From Lama glama (lineage: Eukaryota): a stretch of DNA of 64,000 bases. The notes under the pieces are model-generated. The model did no database searches. It saw nothing but the letters and a program-made list of their open reading frames with translations, and was not told where the DNA came from. The stretch spans positions 46,564,001 to 46,628,000 of the forward strand of contig CM052818.1 of the NCBI GenBank assembly GCA_028534125.1, given 5' to 3'. Both the position numbers and the translations under genes were made by a program. Position 1 is the stretch's first letter. Every line of letters starts with the position of its first letter. Below are positions 14,338-26,069 of this stretch, piece after piece.

Positions 14338-14545
14338 CGGGTCAGCAAACTTTTCCCGTAAAGGGCCAGATAGTAAACATTTGAGGCTTTGATGGCCCCG
14401 CGGGCGCTGCACAGCTGTTCAGCCCCAGCCCGCTGCTCTAAGGCCGGAGCAGCCACAGGCAGTCTGTAGGGAGACGGGCACCGGTGTGGTCAGATAACAT
14501 TGCATTTATACAAACAGTCAGGGCGAGATTTGATGATCCCTGGTC
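14338..14545 (+). mobile_element. MER58A-like hAT MITE
   Basis: GGGTCAGCAAACTTTTCCCGTAAAGGGCCAGATAGTAAACATTT start and GATCCCTG end. Confidence 0.7.
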
Positions 14546-14752
14546 TAAACAATCTATGATGTTTGCCAGTTTTCAAGTTGTAAATACTTTCACCATGGTG
14601 GATTTTAAGCTACTAACTTGACACCTCTGGGTGTGGAATCAGGAAGAGACGCTCATTCACTCTCCGTCATGTACCACTGCTACCACACAGGCCCAGGAGC
14701 TGTCAGCCACCTCGAGAGCACAGCCAATAGCAAAAGTCAAGAAGTAGTTGGG

Positions 14753-14892
14753 GGTCTGGGGATATAGCTCAGTGGTGGAGTGCATGTCTAGCATGCATGA
14801 GGTCCTGGGTTCAATCCTCAGTACCTCCATTTAAAAAATTATTAAAAAAAATAAATAAACCTAATTACCTCCCCCTGAAAAAAATTTTAAAA
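14753..14892 (+). mobile_element. tRNA-Ala-derived SINE (camelid vic-1-like), copy 1
   Basis: A box TAGCTCAGTGG, B box GGTTCAATCC, tail AATAAACCTAATTACCTCCCC and A-rich end. TSD AAGAAGTA(G/A)TTGGG at 14739-14752 and 14893-14906. Confidence 0.85.
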
Positions 14893-15329
14893 AAGAAGTA
14901 ATTGGGAAGTGATGAGTTTTGAACATTTACTACCTATGTAATATAATTTATTTAATTTTACATTTATATCACTTAGATTTTGGTAATGGCTGAGTTTAAC
15001 CACCAGTTTACAGAAATTCCTGAAAAACGTAACAACTCTCATGAGCTGGTATGCATCAGATCTGGAACACTCTTGCAGATGGTCACCGCAGTGGATGACA
15101 CAGTCTGTCCCTCCCAGCAGCCTCAGCAGACTGCTGGTACCTCTCACGGGCACCTCTGTGTCTTAGCACCTCGAACTGCAAGGGAGGCTGGGAAATGGGA
15201 TACTTAGCCTTTGGCCTCTGTGGAAAGGAGAGCAAGGGTGACTGGAGATGGAAATGCCTATGGAGTGAGTCAGCCAAGAGTGTCCACTGCAGTTTCGTTC
15301 CAGAACTTTTCCATGACGCATTTGTATAT

Positions 15330-17095
15330 GTTTAAATATACACACACGTTCGGGTACAGGCATAGAGATTTGTCTGTGAAGTGGAATTGCATTTTAAGCA
15401 CACAGTTCTTTAACTTACTTTTCCACTTAACTCTGATTTTCATTATATATACATATGCATATCTCTTCATTCACTGGTGCTGAATTCTGTAGTGGGGCTT
15501 TCTATTTATTGTATGATTTCCATTTATTTTAATTAATATCATTAGAAACCTTTAGCTGGTTTTCCATTTCTAGCATTAAGTATAGTGGTATAGTGAATAT
15601 CTTTGTATCCTTGTGCATATAATAAGTGTTTCTGTTTTTTAGGATAGACTTCTTAAAGTGAAATCGGCAATTTGGAGAGTATGTACAAATTCTGATGTCT
15701 ACTGCAAAATCACCTACCAAAAAAGAGGTTTAAAATTTCGTTCCTACCAACTGTGTTTGAGGATGCCAGTTTCCCCCCACCCAAACTGGATATTGTCTAC
15801 TTTTAAACTTTTGCTAATGGTATTCGATAAATCAAATATTACCATTCTAATATGCATTTCTGGATTATTACTACTATTTCCTGATCAGTCCTTTATCTTG
15901 AATCTAATTTACTTTTCTAAATGGTCTGGCCGTTAGAATTTTTTTATTCTGTAATTTGCTCATTCACATTCTCATCCATTTTTTCACTTGAATTTTTCAT
16001 TCTTTTCTTGCTGATTTGTAGAATTTCTTTGTTAGCTATCTTAACCTATATGTAGTAAATAATTTCTGTTACTTATTTAATTTTATGTTATTTGCCATAT
16101 GGAAATTTCCAATAATTTCTGTATGATAAATACTGTCAATACTTCTTCTTCATGGCAATTATCATTTTTGTCACACTTATGAAGGTTTCTCCAATTCCAG
16201 GATTTTGATGATGTTCTTTTGTATTTTATTCTAGACTTTTTATTGCCTTATTTTTTACATTTAGGTCTTTTCATAACCTGACTGGATTTGTGTGGATGTG
16301 TGTAGTGTGAACTGGAAAACGATTTTTATTTCTGAAAGGAGAGCTAACTTTTTAAACTTCATTCACCTCATTATCCTTTTCCCACTAACTTTATATGTAA
16401 GCTTTACAATAAACAAAACTTTCAGTTGTACAGGGAGTCTTTTTTCGGACTTTCTTCTCTTTTTGATTAATCTTTTGGTCTATTTCTGAGTCAGCGCTGC
16501 CTTATCAATCACGGTGACACAGGCTTTGACCAGGTGGGGCTAGGCAGGTTCCTCAGCATAGGTTTGTATAGTTTTACAGAAGACCTTGAAAATTAACAAA
16601 CCAGGTTCCACTAAAAGTATCGTTGGGATTTTGATTGGGATTATGCTGTTAAATTTAGAGATTAATTTAAGGAGAGTGGACTTTAATGTTATTTGAATTT
16701 TCAAAATAAGTCTTAAAGTAAGGTAATCCATGCTAACACATACACCTCTCTTTCCTGCCTCAAAAGCTTTCATATGCTTGCTCCCACGAATTTCTAGTGT
16801 TTCAGGCTGACAAAGTACTGGCTGTTTTGATAGGTCTTTTTAACGTTCATAAAACATCCTTTGCCTTTAGTTTACTAAGAGTTCTATTTGGTGAAAACAT
16901 TATTGAATTTTATTAGGTGCTTTTTAATGTATCTAACTACTTTCTCCCTTTGAGTCATCACTTTGATGACACATGTTAACTAGTCTTCCTATACTGAATA
17001 ATTTTTGCATTTATCAGATAACCCCTGTTTGGTTGAGGTATCTCATTTTAAATTACAATTAGTTTTAGTGTTCTAAAGTCTTATTAAGGAATTAT
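15330..17095 (-). mobile_element. Ancient L1ME-like fragment
   Basis: T-rich antisense ORF2/3' motifs such as GTTGGGATTTTGATTGGGATTATGCTGTTAAATTTAGAGATTAATTTAAGGAGA. Confidence 0.6.
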
Positions 17096-19412
17096 TTCAG
17101 TTATTTATTGCAGCATGACAAACCACCCCAAATTTAGTGGCTTAACAACACTTTATTATTGTTTTTCATGGTTCTGTGTGTTGAGTAGAGTCAGCTGGAC
17201 AGTGTTTGCTTGGGGTCTCATGCAGTTGTTCCTAAATATTGGCTGGAACTGCAGTTATTTGAAAGCATGACTGCTTGACATCCAAGAGGGTTCCTTCTAA
17301 GGCTGGCCGTTGATACTGGCTGTTGTCTGGGAGATCAGTGGGCATTATTGACTGGAGCACCGACACGTTGCCTCTCCACGTGGGCTCGGGCTGCTCACAT
17401 GTGGTGGCTGGGCTCAGAGAGAGTTTGCTAAGGACACACGTTCCAAGAAACCCAGGAGGAAGCAGCAAGACTTCCTATGACCCAGTCTTAAAGTTTCAGG
17501 AAGTCATTTCCATTGTATTCTGTTGATAAACCAAATTATTAAGTCTCACCCAAATTATTAAGATTCATGGTGAGAAGAATTATATTCCAGCTCTTGATGT
17601 ACAAGCTACACGTGCAACAGGGAGGGTTGCACCTGGGGGCAGCGGTCTCAGAAGACAGTCTGTCCTCTGGCCTCACAATTCACACTCATTCATCCCACAG
17701 AAAAAATACACTGCCCTCCCCAGATCCCCAGCATCTTATCTCATGGCATCAAGCTCAAGATCTCTATCCTGTCATCTAAGTCAGGTCTAGTGTGGGTGAG
17801 GCTTCTTGGGTGTGGTTCTTAAAGTGCAGCTCTCCATGGGAGGACCAGTAAACTAGAGTCAAGTTCAAGGCCCCTGGTGTACCCAGTATACAGTGGTGAA
17901 CAGTGGTAGTATAACTGTGGTAGACCTTTCTTTTCAAATGAAAGAGGAATGCAGGTCACTTAGCAATCCCTGGTGCATAGCAATTGTGAAATCCGGACAG
18001 ACTCCTGTTATCACCTCCGTGATTAGGGCCCAGATCTAATCCCTACAAATGGTTCTCTGTGGCTCTTGACTTCACCCACTGGGCTCTTGACTTCATACCC
18101 TGAGCTTTCCTTCCTTTTTCATAGGCAATAACCAGATTTTGCAGTTAAATAGTTTTCTTAGCTTGCTACCTAACAGTAGATAATGGGGGACCTAGAGATC
18201 TATTTTCATTTTGAGTTCAGTCTCATATAACTCCCTTAAAAATGATATGGGCTTCCTATCTATCTGATTGCAATCTCCTGCATTAGACAGAAGCTGCACT
18301 CACAGATCTTTGTTAGACAGTCTCTTGTTTATTTTGGTCAGAAAGAGCTGTGGGACAGCATCTTTAAGGTTCTTGACAGTGTTCCTGTCTAGCAGAGAGT
18401 CAAAGCGGTCTATATCCTTAAGATTCTTAGAAGCTCTTTTTTTAAAATCTGAGGCCCTATGAAGATGTGGCCTTAAATCTTTCTGAAGTGTCATCACAGA
18501 GCACCCTTGACTTCATCTTTACCCTAATTGCTGTAGGGATGTTTTGCTGACCAGAAAGACTATCCTGAGTCCTTTCTATTTTTTTCTGAATTCTGCTCAA
18601 ACCCTGAACACTTCTCCTTTTCAGTTTCTCTCTCTTTACCCATTCCTTGTTGTATGCGTCTCAGAGAAACCTGTTGGCCCTTTTATGGGGTATGTTTCTT
18701 ACGTTCCCTGTTTCAACAGGCAGCAGTTCTCAGGTTCTGCCGCTGTACAGTCTGAGTTGCCCTTTCTCCGTTTCCTGTATGGTTTCCTCACTGCCCTCCA
18801 GGTCTTTGCTGGCAATCTCCTCGACACCTTTCCTGCTGCCACCTGCTACTCATCCTAAAGCCAGTGAGTGTGTTTTAGCTTTTTCCCGAGGTAGCATCCT
18901 GTTTTCACTTACCAGTTTCTGTTCTGATTATGTCCCTCCATCAAAACAGAGTGGCTTAAAAGAAACTGGTATATTATCTTGCTTATGATTCTGTGGGTCA
19001 GGAATTCAGGAAGTGTTCAGATGGATTGATACCTCTTTTTCATCTGACGTAAGCTTCTTCTCATAACACATCTGAAGACTTAGCTCTCCTTGGTGCCCCT
19101 CTCTCTGACACATTCATCCTCCAGAAACTCTACGCGTGATGGTCTTGGGACAGTCACACTGCTTTCCTGACCACCAGCTTCCAAAAGGTAGAAGTGGAAA
19201 CCCCCAGGCTAACTGTGGACTCCTCCAGGACTAGCAAAGTGTTCCTTCTGCCATCCTCTACTGGTCAGTGCTAAGTTAGGGGGCCAACGCAGGTTCAAAG
19301 TGGGTAGAGAAACACTCTTCCTCTTGACAAGGGAACAGAAGGTCAGGTTGTAGAGGAACATGTGAACGGAGGGACGTTGTTGCAGCTGTCTTTGGAAAAT
19401 GCAATCTGCGAC
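17096..19412 (-). mobile_element. MaLR provirus (MLT1G/H-like): LTR ~17096-17660, internal ~17660-18925, LTR ~18925-19412
   Basis: The first LTR starts TATTGCAGCATGACAAACCACCCCAAATTTAGTGGCTTAA. The internal region ends CACTTACCAGTTTCTG. The second LTR has AAAACAGAGTGGCTTAAA...GATTCTGTGGGTCAGGAATTC and ends TTTGGAAAATGCAATCTGCGAC. Confidence 0.65.
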
Positions 19413-20543
19413 GTGACTTTTAGAAATTATGTGACGTTTGCTTTGTCGGCGCTGTGTGTGCACATGCATGTGTGCGATTCTATCAGCTGTAGCTGTCAGG
19501 AACGAACTAGCTCTGTAAATCGTTTGAATTAGGAAGCTTTCCTCCCTTTTTCTTTGCTCAGAAATAATTCCAGTAGATCTGAATTCCCTATTTAGATTAT
19601 CCAAAGTTTGAAAGAACCCTTTTATGGAGCCACCTGAATTATCTACATGAGAAGTTTAAGATTTTAACTTAGCCAAATACACTGGCTTTTTTTCTGTTGA
19701 TTTCTTCTGTATTATGTATGTTTAGAAAGTCCTCCCCCAATTTGCGAACACTTGAATATTTATCCACAGCCCCACTGTGTTTTCGTTTCATATTGTATAT
19801 ATAATTCTTTAATCCATATAGAATTGTTTACGTGAAGGGATGGCTCCCTTTCCCCATCCAAATTTGGTGAGAATTCATCCAATCCTGCTAATTTGCATTG
19901 CAGCCTCCATTTTACGCAGTGTTGTATATTCTAGCTTCTGTTTCTGTATTTCTATTCTCTTCTATTGATACGTAAATTCTCTTCTTCCCCGTACTGTATT
20001 TTTAACTATTACAGCTCTCTCCCATGCCTCTTAAGATTGAAAATTACTAAATGTTTATGATTATAAAATGTGAATGAATACCACTTGATCCACACTAAGT
20101 GTTTATGATTTTAGGTGATTGAGGACAAGTTTTAAAAACCCCTATTAAGAACTTGCTTAATGTATATTTTAGCCAAATATTTTCTGGCTAGATTTTGTTT
20201 TCTAGAGAGAAGGAGGAATAAATAGAACAGACACAAACACTCACTGTATTCAGTTTTATGCTGTGAGCATGACTTCAGATATATTATGAGGTCTTATGGA
20301 AAGAAAAAATAAATAAAGGTAGGAATTAAATGCATTTACCGTTGAGATGGTATAAAATTCAAGTTAACTGAAGCAGACACTAGTGAAGTTTTTATAATTT
20401 ATTGAAGAAAGCTATTTGTGGAGTAGATCTAGTAATGTTTAATTTTTGAACCATACCATCTAGTTAATAAATTAGTTTAAAATGTATTCTTTAGTAAAAT
20501 GAATCTTTTTATTTCACTAATCTAGCTTGTTTTTGTTTTCCAG

Positions 20544-20639
20544 ATATTGTTTTGTCTTTGCTTTGGGATACCTCACAGTATGCCAAATTTCTAGAGTCTA
20601 TATCTTTGATTATGGACAATATTCTGCTGATTTTTCAGG
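20544..20639 (+). CDS. MBOAT2: MBOAT2 coding exon (exon 4 by human numbering), 96 nt, phase 2-2
   Basis: Polypyrimidine tract + CAG acceptor ending 20543; GTAAGA donor at 20640. Translates YCFVFALGYLTVCQISRVYIFDYGQYSADFS(G), recognisably MBOAT2. Confidence 0.95.
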
Positions 20640-20979
20640 GTAAGATGAAAACTTTGATTCAGTAGCCTGTTTCTCTCTCCTAATATGTTGGTTAAAGGAC
20701 AAAAATTAGTTGCATTTAGTAGTTCAAGAGAAAAACTCTCTTAGTTGAAAATTCTTTTATGAATTTAGCATTTTTTTCTTGAAAAAAGTGGTCTTTTATG
20801 TAATTCACAGAAATAACCTGGTTTTTAAAATTGTTGTATATAAAATGTCTGAATATATGGCAATTAAATTTGTTAATATGACATTCTGATACTGAAACCG
20901 TTGTCCAATTCTGATAGAAATTTCTGCAGTCACTTGTAACTTTTGAAAGTCAGCCCCTTTGAGCCTGCATCCTTGTAAC

Positions 20980-21120
20980 CCTTCCTTCCTTCCTTCCTTC
21001 CTTCCTTCCTTCCTTCCTTCCTTCCTTCCTTCCTTCCTTCCCTCCCTCCCTCCCTCCCTCCCTCCCTCCTTCCCTCTTCCCTCCTTCCTTCCCCCTTCCC
21101 TCCTTCCCTCCTCTCTTCCT
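20980..21120. repeat. (CCTT)n/(CCCT)n polypyrimidine microsatellite
   Basis: Direct reading of tandem CTTC units that grade into CCCT units. Confidence 0.95.
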
Positions 21121-23259
21121 TGGAGTCCCTTTCATACGGTCATTTCACCAGCTTCTATGTGACATCTGATTGCTTGTTCTTGCTTTTTAACCCATTGTGG
21201 GACTTTCTTTGGACCAAAGATCCTTGGACTAGCTTTTCGGTCTGGCTTTCCTGGAGAAGGCACTTGAGCATGTATTTTATTTCTGTACATTTCCCTTCCA
21301 TGGAATGTTTTACATTCTTATATTTGTGTTCTACTGACTGGTGGAAATAACTTCTGGCACTTATTGCTTCAAAGGAGCTTTAGTCCCTCCGTGGTACTGG
21401 GTGGCTCTTTTTCCTGATTGTCTGTTATGAGATAAATTCAGTCCATATCCTTATGAATGAACTTGCTCACCATAGGATAAAGAGACACCTGCTGACACCT
21501 GGGTACCAAGTGAAGAAGTTGAAGATAAACCTCTGTAGTCTTTATGTCAAGCCAACAGCTTTCTCTATTGAACAAGATACAGAAGACCTGCTTTAGAGTC
21601 AGTCTTGGGTCATCTGGACGTATAAATAATTACCAGGAAATGCAGTTTAAGGATAAGTAAGTGGAAAAAATGAAACAAAACAAATCGTGACATCTGTGAG
21701 AATAAAAAGTGTTCAACAGTAGAAAAGGACCAAAGCTATATGAGCTTAGAGAAAAATCACTGTTATGAAACATGAGAATTTAAGAAGATAAAATATCTTT
21801 TTCTACTTAATGAGACTAAAGTGGACTTTTACTTCTATTAAATAGATTTTTAAAAATAGGTTTGGATGAAAGAATTGATTGAAAAGCTCCTCTAGAAGAA
21901 TTGCATCTGAAAGAACAAACAAAACCAAGGCAAAGCAAAATTGATTACATGTACTAAAATAACTAGTTAGTCAAATTAACATATTGAATAGAATTGAGAA
22001 ATACACTTAGAATTCAGAAAAGGAGAGTAGATGCTGGTGATCTAGCTTATAAATAACAGGAACTCTTGAAGAAAAGAGCTGATGAGCAGAATCAGTAATT
22101 ATATTGGGCCACCATGAGAATCTTGGTGAACTTGAAGAGGTAACCCAGGTCACATGTTGGCATCCTAGGATAATGAAAGTAGAGACTGACAGCTTATATT
22201 TTTAAGCCTCCAGATTTAGTAAGTAATTTAACATAGCTGAGTTGAATTCATTAATATGGACTGGTCCAAGTACAAATTTGTGAGACCCCGTGTTTGCTGG
22301 GTCCTCCTAACCCCTCCATTTTAATCTTAGTCCTTTTTTATTTCCCTGATCTGCTGTTCTAAACTCTTGTCACTCTCTAGATAGGCTGACTCCTATCAAA
22401 ACAGCAACATAATTTCCACTGAAATTTTTTATCAAAGTTTATTTCTCACTCACAGCACAGACCACTGAGGAGGGGGCCTCTGCTCCCCACAATCATGTAG
22501 GGAACCAGCCGTCTTCTTTCTTGTGGTCCGCCCTCCTTCAGGGTCTCTGGAATCCTCTTAAGTTGATGGAGGGGTGTGTCTGGTGTCGCGTGTGAGCAAG
22601 GAGAGAGCATGCCTGCTCGCCACTTCTTCTCCCATTCTGTTGGAAAAGACTTGTTGCATGACCCCACAATTTAGAGGCTAGTTTACAGTAAAAGCAAAAT
22701 GCATGTTAAAAAGTTTTATGTGACATGGCTTTAAGTATTCTGCTGAAGTTAAAATTTTTATTTAAATACAATTTAAAATATTTAAGTATGTTGCAAAAAA
22801 CCAACACAGCATTTTAAAGGTGGACAACCTAATATAAAACTCTCAATTTCAATGTGTAATTTTTATCTATTAAGAGAAAACATTTGAACAGATAAAGGTT
22901 AGAGACAGATAAGGTCCAGGAGACCGTCCTGGCAGAGTGATGTTAAAAGACTCTTTTTCTTTTCTTTTTTTTCAATGGATGCAGGAGACAAGAGCATTTA
23001 GAAGCCTTGAGTGTCTTACAACACGTGAACAGAAAATACCCTGACTTGATCCTAATTAGAGTGAATATAATAGCTGTCCAAAGTGCTGGCTGTCTGAGGA
23101 GAATGGAACTGAACAGAGTGACCCGTCCTTTATGCTCAGCTGTCCCGTTGCCCTGAAGTTAGAAGCACAGGAAGGGAAGCCAGGCTCTTGCTGAGGGATC
23201 ACAGGGGCGCTCTTCTGTGTAGGGCAATGTTACCTGCACGAGGTGTGGAACACTGATGC

Positions 23260-23366
23260 TGTGTGTGTGCCTGTGTGTGTCTGTAGATAGATTGGTAGGT
23301 AGGTAGGTAGGTCGGTAGGCAGGTAGAGAGGTAGGTAGAGAGGTAGGTAGGTAGGTTGGTTGGTTG
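23260..23366. repeat. Compound (GT)n-(GGTA)n-(GGTT)n microsatellite
   Basis: Direct reading. Confidence 0.9.
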
Positions 23367-23514
23367 ATTCAGGGTGCATTTAAAATATTGATTAGATAAA
23401 AGGGACCTGCCTCTTAATAGAAGCTCCATTTTGCAGAAAGGTTGAAAAGCTAGATTGTTCCCTTTCGTGTGGGCCTCAGAAGATAGGTTCAAGAGAGTAT
23501 AAAACAGTTCAGTA

Positions 23515-24020
23515 CCTTCCCTTTATATCAGCCATAACCAGTTAGGAAATATAATAGAAAAAGGACCCTAGTTTCAAAAACAATAAAAACTATGAAATAT
23601 CTAGGAACACCTGTAAAAAGAAATGCAGGGGCCTCTGTGCAAAAAACCATAAAACTTTACTATCGGCAATTAAAGAAGACTTACTGGAGAAACACCTTGT
23701 TTATTCTGAAAGTGACATTCAGTTTTGGAAAGATGGTGCTTTTCTCGGGTTAAGCTGTAGGTGTAATGCAGTTCACGTTGGGGTTTTGAGAGAAATTAGA
23801 CGAATTGATTGAAAAGTTCCTCTAGAAGAGTGCGTCCAAGTAGCACGTGCGGTGTAAAAACCTGCCACCATCTGTGCAGCGGCCGTCGGCCAAATGCGTA
23901 GGGCGGACACGGGAGAAGACGAGTCAGAGAAGCCAGCGGAGAGAAGCAGGCCCACGGGGCAGACAGGAGATGGGAGGTCCACGTACAGAATGAAAATGCT
24001 GGGACTGCAGGTCAGTGGGG
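23515..24020 (+). mobile_element. Ancient L1 ORF2 fragment
   Basis: ATGAAATATCTAGGAA, CATAAAACTTTACT and ATTAAAGAAGAC are decayed sense-strand ORF2 motifs. Confidence 0.6.
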
Positions 24021-24240
24021 AGAGCCTCTCTCGATTATCCCATAAATGTTATTGAGACAGAAGAAGAAGGGCACGTGCTTGCCTCCTTGTAGATGGAAGC
24101 AGAAGCAGATTTTGGGGGGCAGGAAGTCCATGAGTTCTGACTGGAATATGTTGATTTTTGTGGAGCTGAAGGTTGGTTAATACATCCCCCCCAAAAGATA
24201 CATGTGACATGTTTTCCATTCCAATCAAGAATATATTGTA

Positions 24241-24418
24241 GGGGAGGGTACCGCTCAGGCGGCAGACTGCATGCTTAGCGTGCACGGGGTCCTGGGCTCA
24301 GGGTCCCAGCACCACCTCTAGAAACAAGCAAGTAAACCTAATTATCCCCCCCCAAAAAAGATAAAAAATAAAATTTTAAAAATAAAAAAATAAAATTTTA
24401 TTAACATGAAAAAAAAAA
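24241..24418 (+). mobile_element. tRNA-derived SINE, copy 2 (diverged)
   Basis: GGGAGGGTACCGCTCAG...GGTCCTGGGCTCA head, TAAACCTAATTATCCCCCC tail motif and A-rich tail. Confidence 0.8.
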
Positions 24419-25464
24419 GGACATATGCAGAGCTAACCAGATAGTGATCAGGTGCTCAGTATTTTATTACTGGTTACCCCTGTGTGTTCACTGAGCTAAG
24501 GTTTATTGAGCGAGTGCTGTGTGTTTTGCTCGGTGCTAAGTACTTTGGTAGGTGATGGTCCTGTCCAGCAGAAGAAGGGAGGGACCATTTGGTCTGAAAG
24601 CTTCGGGTGTGACTGTCTGGTTCCCCCTCCCCCGCCGTGTGGAAAGCCTCACCCCTTCTCCGTGTGCCCCCTGAGCCCAGTCCTGGAAGGACCCCTGCTG
24701 CTCTTTATCACCCTCTGGCTGGCCGTGCTGTCAGTGGGGCTGATGTAAATTATTCAGCCCATAAACAGCAGTGTTCCGTCTATCCTGTTTCATCCTGCAG
24801 GAGCAGCTCCCGACACCTTGACCTACATTTGGTTGGGGAAACATTCCACCCAGCTGCTGCTAACGCAGTTCAGGTTACCCAGAGGAGACTGGTGTGGATC
24901 TGTTAGGTGGTTTGATTCGTCTGTCCCCCTCCTTACCTGAGCCTTTCCCCCGATTTTATTTGTCCACAAGGCAACGTGGTATAGTGATACGTATCAGAAA
25001 TCTGCAGGTTGTCCTAAGACTCTAAAAAGCTGATAACCCGCCTGGCTGCTCAGCCCGTCTTGTCTGATGCTGCAGCCGCACGTAACTGCTTCCTTGTCTT
25101 CATGCTTTGGCCCGTCCGATGCTGCCTGCCCAGAGCCCCTCTCCCAACCTGACCCTCATGTCCACACCTCCCCGCTCCTGAAGGCCCAGGTGCAAAGACT
25201 CCTGCTGGAAGTGTTTTTCCCCTCAGTTTTCTTAGTGTGAAGTTCTCTCTCATTTATCTACACGTTTCTTCAAACATCTCATCTGGCACCTAATAACATT
25301 TTTATATAGTTATTTGCATACCTGTCTAGCTCCCCTTTTAGTGAGAAAGCTCCTTCAGAGACAGCACTTTACAGTGAATTGTTGTGCCCCTCCAGTGCCT
25401 TGTGCTCAGTAGCAGTTCCAGCATTTATTTATTTTATTTTTATTTTTTTGGCATTTCATTCTTT

Positions 25465-25690
25465 CTTTAAATAACTTACTGAGGTGAAATTCACAATCTA
25501 GAAATTAACCATTTTAAAATGACAAATTCATTGGCATTCAGTACCTTCCTGATGTTGTGCAAACACCACTTCTATCTAGTTCCAAAACATTTCCATCTCC
25601 CAAAAATCAAACCTCTTACACATTAAACGCTTTCCCTCTGTTGGCACCTCCTCCCAGCCCCTGGCAACCACCAGGATGCATTCTCTCTCT
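25465..25690 (-). mobile_element. L1MB-like 3' end
   Basis: GAGGTGAAATTCACA...ATTAACCATTTTAAA...GTTCCAAAACATTTCCATC...CCCAGCCCCTGGCAACCAC. Confidence 0.75.
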
Positions 25691-25700
25691 TAGTTCTAGT

Positions 25701-25863
25701 GTTTACTTATTTATTTTTACATTTATTTTATTTCATTTTATTTTGGGGGCAATTGGTTTTATTTATGTATTTACTTATTTATTTTAACGGAGGTACTGGG
25801 GATCGAACCCAGGACCTTGTGCATGCTAAACACGTGCTCTACCACTGAGCTACCCCCTCCCCC
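25701..25863 (-). mobile_element. tRNA-derived SINE, copy 3
   Basis: Reverse complement of the head (GGAGGTACTGGGGATCGAACCCAGGACC...CTACCACTGAGCTACCCCCTCCCC), preceded by a T-rich tail. Confidence 0.85.
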
Positions 25864-26069
25864 TCTCTAGTTTTTATTCAATGAAGGTTTTATCAAACAT
25901 CTGCTGTGTCTCAGCTACTGCTTACAGTTATCTATCATATTGCTGTTTTATTTAATCCACACAGTGATTTTATTTTCCCCTTACTGTAAATAGTAACTTG
26001 GGGGTACATTAAACAGCTCCCCAGTCTTCTACACTGATACGTGATGAGTCTGGATTTCAGTTGTTTCCT

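Larger units (their letters stand above)
13990..15077. mobile_element. Ancient hAT-Tip100 (Arthur1-like) DNA transposon hosting nested MER58 and SINE insertions
   Basis: The right terminus GAAATTCCTGAAAAACGTAACAACTCTCATGAGCTGGTATGCATCAGATCTGGAACAC resembles the Arthur1 end as recalled. The left boundary is approximate. Confidence 0.4.

Noticed and set aside
18061..18095. GGCTCTTGACTTCA duplicated at 21-bp spacing
   Set aside because: A two-copy micro-duplication inside the MaLR internal region, with no sign of function.
1..20543. MBOAT2 exons 1-3 or promoter
   Set aside because: I could not find sequence encoding the N-terminal part. The window probably starts inside intron 3, although a short exon missed by eye cannot be excluded.
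20950..21162. Repetitive ORFs (PSFL/EGRK repeats)
   Set aside because: They are translations of the (CCTT)n microsatellite.
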